Shown here: positions 50,907-62,507 of the stretch, piece by piece
How the letters are laid out: each line of letters begins with the position of its first letter
Numbering within the stretch: the stretch's first letter is position 1
Source of the DNA: Laetmonice hystrix
Taxonomy: Eukaryota
DNA length: 64,000 nt
Assembly: GCA_965235115.1 (NCBI GenBank)
Contig: OZ249445.1
Location: 5,580,001-5,644,000, forward strand
Direction: 5' to 3'
Translations under genes and position numbers: made by a program
Notes under the pieces: model-generated
Databases searched by the model: none
What the model was told of the DNA's origin: nothing
Seen by the model: only the letters and a program-made list of their open reading frames with translations

Positions 50907-52994
50907 ACTGTCTGATGTTATTAAATAAGTACTTTCTACCTCGTATCTACGCCCCCCCCCCCAAAAAAAAAATCCCATTCAAAATTGGGGTTAGAAGTCC
51001 CCCAATCCACCAGTCTCTTCAAAGTGTCGTATGTTTTATAGCCTTTGTTCTCTTCCTTGTTAACTTCAGGCGGTTCAGGCTTGCCCCAATAGTAAATAGA
51101 TACTGAGCCAGAGTGGGGCCACAAATACATGCACTTGACACTTTCACTGTCGAAATCATTGTAAAGTATCGATGTGTTTCATCTCGATTCTATATTTTGA
51201 ACGAGCTGGTATTAGTGTAGGACCTTGTTGATGTTGTGTCAAGCAGCGAGGTTGTTTTTGTGGTTGTGTCTCAGGTGTGTGGGGGTGAGAGTCGTCCACC
51301 CCCATAGCCCGTGGTCGTCATCACTGGGGGATCTTGTTTTTGTGGTTGTGTCTCAGGTCCCACAGTATGGGAGTCAGTCAGTCCACTATTTGCACCCGTT
51401 AGCCAGCTGCTAATTTCGATCCATGTGTATCAACCGGACCGGCCGACGGCTGAGACCACTGGCGACATTGTCATCGCTGCTTACATAGCGAGAACCTGGA
51501 ATTGCAAGCGACGTGCGAAAATGGAAAGTTTCTATAAATGTAGCTTCTATATAAACACCGCCGGCATTGTTGGAGTGTTAGGTAGAACGTGGGGGAGCGA
51601 GAGAATCTAATCTCACACTCGTTTCTATTCTGTCCTCTCGTCATACATTCGCTTGATAGGCCTATTTGTCCCCTAAAGGTGACGTCGTGCATGGGGACTC
51701 CCTCTTTACTGTTTGGTATATAATGCTGCCCAGCGGAAGTCACTCGTCGCCTTGCCATGGGGAGAGAATATTAATTTCCGAGTGCATTATGTCTAGATCT
51801 GAACACTCCAAACGCACTCTCCGCTTTTCTGGTGATATTTTGGGTTACTTGCCCCAGTTGGGTGTTTTTATCGGACACTCCGGTGTCCTTCAACAGTAAA
51901 TCAGACGACCTCGATATGTCGCTACTTGCTGCAGATGTGTATAACCGTAATTCAAATCATCAGGCTGTTCCACCTCCCAGGGTGACCAGGGAAACCCCTT
52001 TCACCCTTTCACCCACCCCTCTAGGCTGCCGGGAGTAAGGTAATACGTTGAACTGACCAAGCTGACCCCCTAAAGCAAATTCTTCCCTTAGCCCCATTAC
52101 CAAACTCCTGGATCCGCCCCGCCACCCCCAGGCTGCTAGGAGTAAGATACCCACCCCTAGTCCTGGATTGAATGTGACGAATGTGAAGTGTCTGTTTAGT
52201 ATTCTCCCATCTTCTCCTGTCGAAGGTCACGGAGGAGGTGATTCCCACGGACTTTTTCCTGAATGACGTTGCTCTGCTGGAATAATATGTGTAGGAGAGG
52301 TACAAAATGACATAGGTATATCAAACCATCAAGTACGTGTAATTGCATCAGCAGAAAGCAACAACCTTAAGGTAAAAAAAAAAAAAACTTTGGAAACTGA
52401 GCTGAAGCCATCAGATGAAAACATCAGATGAAGCCATCAGATGCCTCCTCACCTCTGACCTATTACGGGGTGTCTGAGCTGAACGTTGCAGTGACATCCT
52501 GACTTATACTGGACAATATTAGTTCATCAGTATTGAGTAAAGATCAGTATAAATACAATTATATTATGGAATATGGACCTGTTGACCTCAGTCGGGAAGT
52601 ATTAATACCGGCTGTGGTGGGGAAGGGGTTCGTGGGTGGCTGAATGGACAATTTGTCCTCGGTCAAAACGGTCGCCTGTGTTATTTCACTCCTAGTTTAT
52701 GATATATGTGTGGTGTGCCAATATATTCGATCAGGTTCATTTTGCGGAGGATTCGACAATGATTTGACATATTACATGTATTCACTTTGAACTTATAATT
52801 GAGCCAGAAAGAGTTGACTACATATATATGGAAAAGGGTTGTGTCATCTAGTTAAAACATCGTTTTGCCGCAGTCTGCGCAGCTCTGATTAAAGGGACAC
52901 TGGCGTCCGTGATCGCCAAGCGATAAGAGCTAGGTCCAGCCAACATAGGACCTTCTTAGTTTGACAATACGACATCAGGTGGCTGCGATCTTAT

Positions 52995-52999
52995 TTCTC

Positions 53000-53064
<65 letters not shown>

Positions 53065-53201
53065 GTCTCTGTCTGTCTCTCTCTGCCTCTCTCTGTGTCT
53101 GTGCCTCTCACTGGGGGCATATAATGGAGTAACATATAATATGACTATACCACATCAGGTCTCTGTCTCTGTCTCTGACTGTCTCTGTCTGTCTCTGTCT
53201 C

Positions 53202-53241
<40 letters not shown>

Positions 53242-53495
53242 CACTGGGGGCATATAATGGAGTAACATATAATATGACTATACCATANNNNNNNNNNNNN
53301 NNNNNNNNNNNNNNNNNNNNNNNNNNNNNNNNNNNNNNNNNNNNNNNNNNNNNNNNNNNNNNNNNNNNNNNNNNNNNNNNNNNNNNNNNNNNNNNNNNNN
53401 NNNNNNNNNNNNNNNNNNNNNNNNGAGTAACATATAATATGACTATACCATATCAGGTCTCTGCCTCTGTCTCTGTCTGTCTCTGTCTCTCTGTC

Positions 53496-53543
<48 letters not shown>

Positions 53544-53594
53544 CTGGGGGCATATAATGGAGTAACATATAATATGACTATACCATATCAGGTC
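52995..53594. repeat. Composite tandem repeat (CT/CTGT microsatellite plus ~54-bp unique unit) spanning an assembly gap
   Basis: Unit CCACTGGGGGCATATAATGGAGTAACATATAATATGACTATACCATATCAGGTC recurs on both sides of 136 N (53288-53423). Confidence 0.85.
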
Positions 53595-56581
53595 ATACAC
53601 AACGCCTTCTTCTGGCTATCGTCTTAACTTGTTATAACAGGAACTTTTCTACGTGGTAAAAAAAGTAGGCGTAAATAGAAGACAATCTCTAATGGGTGGA
53701 AGGTTTTGTTCTGAATGCTAGAATATGATCCTGACCAAAATGATTCAGAAAATGAGTTAAAATGTGTTCGTGCGGTGTACGGCCAGCTTAAGAGAGTATG
53801 AATAGGCCGCATTCTAAGAAGACGACTATAACTAGGTGTGGCGATAGGTAGCTGTCTATATATAACACTCTATAACAACAGTCTATTCAACACATACATT
53901 GAAGAGTAAGACGGTAACAAAACCACGTCATATTTTACAGATTGTCGATGCGACAATAAGGCCGCAGTCCTGAATTACAGATCAGCTGTAATTTACCTTC
54001 TTATAGACCTAATTAAGTCGCTCACATATGGCGCACACAGATTGGCACTTATCTAATGGATTTATGTATACCTGCCGGAGAGGATTAGGCTTAAGCTTAT
54101 CGAATAAGGGTCGGATCCACATTATGTATAAATCCTTTGGGTATTGTGTTATAAACTCGGATGGCCGGAAATGTGGAGTTGAATAGGCAAACAATGCGAA
54201 GTGTGGCGGGCCGGTGATTGCAGCCAGGACCCGTCGTGACCGCAGGGCCAGTGAGGGACGGTTCCATAGACCCGTCATGACCCGTCATGGAACATCCCCG
54301 GAGGTATCGGCTTGGCCAGGAATCTAATGTCCGGTGTATTATTGTAGGGGCGTAGAAAGGACAGGCACTCCCCCTTGTAATCAAAGGATACCCCCAAGAT
54401 TGGCTATACCGTGATCTGCTTTAAAAATCGCATAGAAGAGCGATCAGGCCAGAAATTTAAAGGGGTTTGGTGGGATGGGGATGCTCTATTATGATGGGCT
54501 GCAATTTACCTCCCAATGACTACCCAATAAACAAACCTTGGGATGCATGGGGGAAGACTCGGGCCCCTAGAGCTAGTTCTAAGGCAGCCAGGATTTGGAT
54601 TTGGAAGTTTGGTTTACGTGTTGGCATCCACCAAGCCCCCCCCCCCCCCAGCAGTAATCCCCCCGGTGTCAACCCAGAACAGGGGCGTAGAAAAGGGGGG
54701 CAGGGGCCCCCGCTTTGAAATAAGGGGGGCAGAGTCCGTTTTGCCCGCCCCCTTTGACTCAGAAAAGCATGTTGCTGTAGACCTCTACGTTCAAAGTCCA
54801 AGGAATCTAATAACGCAGAGAACTGATAAATATGGTCAGAATTATATCTCCAAATGACGGGAATTTTATCTCCAAATGATGTTTTTTCAATCTTAAAATC
54901 TTCCTGGAGAGGCCCCCGGGGGAGGCCCCCAGACCCCCGCTGTCTAAACGGCTGCCGAAGGACAGCGGTGGCGTTATAATGGCACTAAGCATCAGACGCC
55001 ACGTGCTTACAGTGGATCCCCCTGGTGCCAAGCACGAGAATCATAGGCCTAACTACTACCGCCACCTATCGGATAGTGGTTGATATGTTCACCGGCGATG
55101 ACGTCACTGACGAGTGGCTTCTCATGCTGATGACATCACTGAAAGGCGGAGCCACCAGTCCTGTCAGATTGTGGTTGATATGTTCACGGGCGACGGCGTC
55201 CCGTGCCGATAACGTCACTGAAAGGCAGCGACACCTGTCTGAAGGGGCCAGTCTGTACTGTAGACATGCGAGAAATAGACTATACTTTTGCTGTTGTGAC
55301 ACCTAGCAAGTCGCTAGGTGACACGAATACGGACATAATAAGACGTCAGCCATACCAAAGAGCCATGTATTGTTATAATGTTTGGTCATACCGTGCTGTT
55401 ACTAACGCCATCTATCGGGGTGTTCCCCAGCAGTGATGATAAGAATAAGGTACATATAAAAATCATCGTAGACAACTGCTAAAAATCACAATTTGTGATT
55501 ACATGGCGTAGTCAAGAACTGACTGATATTACAGACGGTAAAAAATACAAAGCCTGACGATTTTCTTTTCCATATTTATTACGTTTTATTGATTCCTAAA
55601 ATTAGTAAGGTTCCGTAAGGTGTGATTTCAGTTTTCAGTTTTCAAGACCTTGATGACCGAATAACCTGGGAACTTTAGTTACAGCTTTATAACCTGATTG
55701 CAATAGGCCTACCAACCTTTTTGTAAATGTATAAAACCTCCGTCGACCCGTTCTATTATAACTTTATATATGAATGAAAACCCCCTTATCCACAATCACA
55801 ATCACTTCTCTCCTCCATAATCTCTGTGCGTGAAAACCTTACATTTAACCCTTATGTTTCATCAACCTCTGCAGTTACCAAGACTCATTGTACCCTAAAA
55901 CATATTGCACTTTGTGAGTAGGCTTGACACTTTGGAAAGATAATGCTAACATTTGGCAAAGTCTCTCTTATAATGCATGAAATCATTTTTAATTAACTAG
56001 TATTGAAATTTCCTGGGCTTCATAAATTCATTTAGTGGTTTGTGCAGTAATACATGCTGCCACGTCGTGCTACACAACATACACGTCTAGATTGCACAAT
56101 AAATCCTGATGTCATAAATTAACTATTTTATCTAAATTATGTTGTGTGCAAATCTCCGTCAGCTGTGACGTGGTCGCGGACGCCGTGACGTGAGCACCCA
56201 GTTTCCATGGTGATAAGGCCTCCTATGGTGAGGCGGCGGTCAGGACACCTCGCCCGCTCCGCCCACAGCGCTCTCTGTGGCCTCCACGGGGCAGTCTCGT
56301 GTGGGCGCCCTCTGGTGACAGAACCGTTCATAGTCCTCCCCAGCCCGTCTGAGAACTTTGAGAGCTACACTGCCTGCAACAAATATTACACTGTAGGCCA
56401 TGATTTTCCCTTTACTTGTACAGAACTCTGGTGATTTATATTTCTGATACTTGTAATAAATCAATATAACAGGAGCAAATTTGACCCTGAGGTGTTCGAA
56501 TCATTTAAACTTGGCATCATGTCTGGGAAAAGATTTTGTTCCTTCCTCCAGCCTTTGAAAAACAGAATCTTTGAAGAGAAT

Positions 56582-59500
56582 TTATAATTTAGAGGGATAC
56601 ATACTTGGCATCAAAGATTCTTCATCTGCAGACTGGTCGCCGATGAGGCCAAGTTTATGGAGCTGTTGTCGGTCAGGGCTGGACAGTGGCTGCCATGGCG
56701 ACTTCTCACTGCAACAACCAGACTGAGGTGCTGCCACCTGGTAGTTATCACACGAAGTACTGTCACCAGTCGTTGCAGGGGTATCCTTCATGAGAACTGC
56801 CTTTGCCCGTCTGACGACTAGACTCTCTTCCAACTTCTCAGGTGATGTTGACCCAGAGTTGGCCCTGCAAGTGGTTTTACATGAGCCATATAAATTGTAT
56901 TCACCATTTTCATGAAACCCTGAGGTAACCGTTTCATGCCTAACGCCATCCTTATAATCAACTCTAGTGGCGAATACATTGGTTTGAATGACAGGTTGTG
57001 AGGTGTCACTCATGTCTCCGTCCACACTGTTGTCACGGTAACCAGACATGGGCAGCAGGTTCCCAAACTGATTGGTTAGGTTGGTATTCAACCAGGCATC
57101 CGGATTGGTCATTTGGAGGCTGTTTGTGTTGTATCCTGTATCCTGATTGGTCAGCTGGAGACTGGTTGTGTTATACCCTGTATCCTGATTGGTCAGCTGG
57201 AGACCCGTGGTGTTATATCCTGTGTCCTGATTGGTCAGTTGGAGGCTGGCCGTATTGTAACCGGCATCCTCTGGATAGATGACCTGTGTACTGTGAGCCA
57301 GGTGATGGGCAGAATCTGGCGGCTCACAGCTGTCCTCTATCTCAGAGTCAGTCAGATTGGAGAGACTGAACCCATCAATATGGCTGCCATTGTTGTCACC
57401 CATGCCTGCCCCACTCCTGCTGCCGAGCAGGAAACTCATACTCCGATCAGTCTCCATGTCTTTCTGAACGATGACTGGATCTAAGTCGAATGCTTTGGGT
57501 GATTCACACGCGCTGAGCTCAGGAGGGGCTGGCAACTTGAATGGTGTTGGTTTGGACCGGCGAGTTCTCCTGCTGTAGGATGCTGCAAGAAAAACAATGC
57601 TTTCGTTTCAGTCCTCCCATGAAATACTAGCCAGGCTGTATGTCTACATCTGTTATTGAAGCCACAACCCCGATTCTGGAGTTATCCACCCAGAAAAACA
57701 TGAGCTCAACAGTCTGAGCTTCATATCTCAGAGAACTCGGAACGGTTTTATTAGAGAAAAATTCACCTACAGAACAGAACAATGAAATATGATAATCATG
57801 AAGAGGCAGTGTCAAATTAAACCTCGAAATTTATCAGCTCTATGTTGCCGATCATGTTTTCCCCTAATTTCTAGCCTAGGCCAGTATTCTAAATGAGGAA
57901 GACTATCAGATTTACCTGAGGTACACTGGTCGAGGGGACTGAGGTCGAGACGTATGGGTGACACTCCGGGACTGTTGAATGGCAGGCTAGGATGACCAGA
58001 AGAAGGCGTTGCTTGGAGAGGCAGACATAACGGAGTTGTGTCACTACTACTCTTGGTGTCTGGGAAGAAAGTAGACGAAATCCATACTGTTTACATTCCC
58101 GTACATGCATGGTAACATGATAGAATAATTTCTGGATGTTTATCCAATCTGGAATTTAGCAAACTAAAATAAGCAATGCCGCAGTAGCCTAAGGATGCCT
58201 GGCCAACAGCCAAAGATCCCAGCATGAGATGTACCTCTATGACTGGAACTGTTGGTAACACAGGGGGTTTTGGCTGTTGTGATGGGGGAGAGTTCTGGCG
58301 AGGCCATCAGTTCTGGGCCTGTAGAACACCGTCTGAGGCTTGGGGTAGCAGCACCGTGAGCACTGCCCGAGTTGATCGGGCTAGAGGAGAACAACTGACC
58401 ACGGAGGGTAAAACTATCAACAGTCTGAACTTCACATCTCACAAAAACAAAGTCCCAGTAAAGGCAGCTATCTGTAAATGTTACCTATATTTTGTTTCTA
58501 CAGAATAATGAGATATGATAGTCATGAATTTCACTACAGAACAGCAAAAGACTCTGAACGGTATTATTAGAGAGAAAAGTTGGTTTTGAACTCACAGAAC
58601 TGGGCGTGTGATGTTGTGACTGAGTTGTCAGTTCTGGTGTGACACAGCGACTCACTGTCCTCGGCTCACCGACTGCCATAGATGACTTCTTCCTACTCAT
58701 GCCACAACTGGGATGTAGAGAAAAAACACTTGCACACTGCATCCAGATATATCCACCTGACAATTTTTCTAAGTTTCCTTCAGAATATCTCAATAACTTT
58801 GAACTGGAGCCATTCTCAGTCCAGGCAAGCAAGTAATTACTCGCCTAAACTTCAATTTGTACCTTTAGGCAACCATTTTTCTGAAGACCTGCAGAGAGTT
58901 TTAATACTTGCCAATAAGTCAACCAATAAGGTGAGGTTCATTGTTGTAAGCCAGCATGGATTTGATTGGACGTACCTCTGTACTCATTAATTAGTTCCCG
59001 ACCACCAGAAACACAAGCCAAGGGAACCAGCTGGTAGGTGGTCAGTGAGCAAATTGAACTGGCCTCGAGAGAAGGGGGTAACTCCAGAGGAAGTCAGTTA
59101 GGCGTGCAAATTATTAACAAATCTTATTGGTAGGGGTGCAGTCTTTTGCATGCCTTGGCACAATTTTAGGTGCGCTATGGCACGCAAGTGCAGTTGCGCA
59201 CCACAAAAAAAGAGCCCTGCATTCTCATTGCTTTGAGAATTTGTTCCAATAGTCAGTGTTTAGTATTGTCAACTTACTGCACTGGGCTTGGAGGCGAGTC
59301 ATCTTCCCCATGAAAGAATAACTTGCGGCGTAGAGAAGAGGTGCTTAAAATATCTGTGCTTCCATCATCTTTGGTTGAGTGTGTGTAATACTGACCTATA
59401 ACGGGCAGCATCAAATTTACTCACACTTTTTGTTGTCATCAAACTCACTCAGTGAACCTTTTTTTAAACAAGTAACTGTTCCTTTGTACTTTCTATAGCT

Positions 59501-61491
59501 CAATTAAAGCATTTATTACCATTTTAGAATATATTTTCTTCAAAACACAAGACTCATTACACAAGACAAATGGTGCGCTCACTTAGAATCTTGTAGAGGT
59601 CAAAGGTTACTGGCAAGGTCAGGGTCGTCTGACATCCCACTGGTAATGTGAACACAAAGATACGAATGACAACAACCAACAGTGAAACCCTGCCAAGAGA
59701 ATATTAGGCATGGACTCTCAGCAACAATAAACTTACAAACCGACTTATGTTAGGAGACAAATTTATAACAATTACTAGTGTGAGATACTATAAGTTCATG
59801 TATCACTGTTGTAATACTGTAAGCTCCATTTGTAGTCCACTGCAAAAACTGCTGACTGATTTCTTATTCTTTTCCATATCCTCAACTTATAACGATTTAC
59901 GAACAGAATATTAAATTTGGTGCACCTTAAAATTAGCTTCTTTACATGTTTGCCTCAAATCCACAGGCCATACTTCTCAATGTAAATAATATTATCATGT
60001 CCTCACCATCTTTTTTACCCTCCTCTGACTCACGGTCACTGCTGGAACTCTCTTCCTCCTTTGGCACAACTGTCCGATAATCTAGATGGTAACAAGTATT
60101 CAATAACAACTACTGCACTCAAATCAAACTCCACGATTAAATGTCTCTCTATAAACCGATACCCCAGGTCTCTAAACCCCAGATCTTGACACAGCCACTT
60201 AAAGCTGGGGGAGGGTGAAAAATTTAATTGTATGTGGTTGACACTGTGAGTAGTGTGATGGTGCCTCACCTGTCATGGAGGGTGTCGAGGGAGGGCACAG
60301 AACCCGCTTTGGTTTACCCTCCTCGGACCATGGAGACATGCCAACAAGATTCTTGGAGAAGAATTCATCAATTGCTCTCTGGGCTCGCTCTTCGATCTCT
60401 TTGTCTCTGTAATTGGAAATGGAAGCAAGATCAGTTAATGCAAAAACCTGGTCTCTGAACTCTGCATAAATTGATGAATCGTGCCTGTTATTTCCTCTGT
60501 AACCCATTCTCAGTAGATACCAATAGAAATTTAACCTTTCTGGCTGATACAATCTGTATGACTTACCTGTTGACACCAACTGGTTGACTTGGCATTTCAT
60601 CAATGTCAGCAGGTTTCATCATTGCTATGTGATCAATGGACCAGAATGGACTGCCAGCCTGAACAACCATGAACAATAGGTGAGAAATATACCACAATCT
60701 GTCTTCATACATACTGTGCTTTCAACAAATCCTCACATGATTTGTCACTTTATGCGAGAATAGATTTACAAATATGAATGCTGTATGGTGGCCTGGCCTG
60801 GCAGGACTCCAAAACATATCTACCACCTTCACTTGCCCCTTGGGCAAGCAGCAGCCACAAGCCACTTGCCTGACAGTATTTCACTTGCCACAAAATACTC
60901 GTCCAAAGACATATTTTAGTTATGATTTCAGATGATCGGAAAGTGTTTTTTTTAGCCCTGCTCTGCATAGATCTGTCTTGATGCGGACTGATATAAAATC
61001 AAACAAAGCATCAGATAACTCACGTGGTCCTTTTGAACTGGATGCCTGCCACTGAACACTCCAGGACTGAATACACAGCCCGTCATTGCCTCAGGCTCCA
61101 ACTCAAAAGGGTTGTATAGGGCGCCCCGTGGAGTTCGAAATGCTGAACCCCTCGGAGTCCAACTTGCATCACTGCGAACTCCACATGATCCCCCATTGCC
61201 AGGGGTGGCTGGACTCTGACCATGTGCAGTACCACGGGGCGTGACCCCCTGACCTCCAACCAGTCTTCGGTGAGGAGAAATCTGCATCATGTGAGGGCTC
61301 TGTAAGTTCTTGTTCACCAACTGGAGATGTTGTGGTCGAGATCTGGGTGTGTGATGGAGCTGGCTGTTAAAGTGGAGATTTCTCGCTGGCATATCGTTGA
61401 AATTGTCCCCTCCAGACGGTGGCGAAGGGATCGTCTCCATCGTCAGGCGACTCCTTGCGCTTTCCTCACTTTCTGGTGTCAACATTATCAT
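56582..61491 (-). CDS. BORA: Protein aurora borealis, 10 coding exons, ~787 aa
   Basis: Exons complement(61024..61491, 60567..60658, 60270..60406, 60007..60081, 59583..59639, 59278..59395, 58596..58707, 58235..58394, 57916..58059, 56582..57582), all GT-AG and phase-consistent (2364 nt). Bora motifs: NPFE, FWSIDHIAMMKPADID, RAQRAIDEFFSK..SPW, GCQTTLTLPVTFDL, SSLRRKLF, FSSSPI, D(T/A)GYNT. The exact start codon and two splice sites are uncertain. Confidence 0.9.
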
Positions 61492-62083
61492 TCCTTGCTT
61501 AATTCAACACCCACCTCTGAAGAAACAATAGTGTACGGTACAAATATTTGTGAAAAATGGCCTGACCCAGTTTTAAAAATATTTCTTATTTGAAAAAAAC
61601 TCCAAAAATGCAAGATTCATTTCTATGTAAATAACAAATAAAAAAAACCACCTCGAACCCCCTTCCCTGATTTTGCTGTGCAGGGTTTCTTGCAGGCCCT
61701 TTTTTTGGGGGGGGACTCCCCCCCCCCCATTATTTAGCTACTCCCCCCCCCCACACACACAAAAATTCCAGGGGGAAATATTTTGCATTACTCTCCGAGT
61801 CTGCCCCCCCCCCCCCCCCAAAAAAAAAAACTCGCAGCATCCCCCCCCCCCCCTCCCTCCCTCCAGGAAAGCCTGCTGCGGAAAAATTATTAATTTTTAT
61901 ATAATAAAGGATTATAAAGCTAATTTAGTGGGTCTGGTGTACTGTGCCCAGTGTGGGGCAGGCGGCCCGATCGCGGCCTGGCACCCAGACGGTCGCCCGC
62001 CCGACCGACCCGCGGCCGACCGGGACCGACCCGGGCTCGGTCCGTCGGTTTAGTAGCGGGGCCAGGCCGCGAGGGATGCTCAC

Positions 62084-62507
62084 CCGTCCATCCTCTACAT
62101 TACGCTGTTTATTGGGCATATATATTAAACTTTATTCTACAGTGGACGAAATCAAACATCCGTGGTAACGTGTCTCACCTTCTACGTTCGTAAATCTTCT
62201 GGCATCGCTTGTACTTTAGCACAATCAACTAGTAAAACACTGATAATGTTCGTGTCCGGGCATGCAAACCTGCCGTGTTGCCCGGTTCAAATTTACCTCC
62301 TTTTCAAATGGACCTATGGAGGGACCGCAGAAACCCCACTCTGTTTAAAACTCTTTTACGTCCTTATTAACATGCAACAAAATACTGTTTTAGGTCTAAA
62401 TGCCTCAAGTATTATCTTAGATCACGAAATTATGATATATGTTAATTAATAACCATTATTATAAAGATTTGATTTTCGCGCAACTTTTGGTGCAGTACTT
62501 TTTCAAA
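62084..62507. promoter_or_regulatory. Bidirectional promoter region of BORA and MZT1
   Basis: Between a BORA exon-1 donor candidate (GTGAGC, exon end 62084) and the MZT1 ATG (62508); E2F-like TTTTCGCGC at 62473-62481 and CHR-like TTCAAA/TTTGAA at 62286, 62303 and 62502 (short motifs, could be chance). Confidence 0.6.

Noticed and set aside
16000-56500. DIS3 (human neighbour of BORA), tRNA, rRNA, snRNA or an intact transposase/RT ORF
   Set aside because: No recognisable motifs or long ORFs seen; small exons of an unknown gene could still have been missed by eye.
60407-60566. ORF track reads through this BORA intron; alternative acceptor near 60484 would add 26 aa in frame
   Set aside because: The upstream part of the ORF is out of frame with the preceding exon, the alternative acceptor lacks a pyrimidine tract, and the short form matches known Bora spacing.
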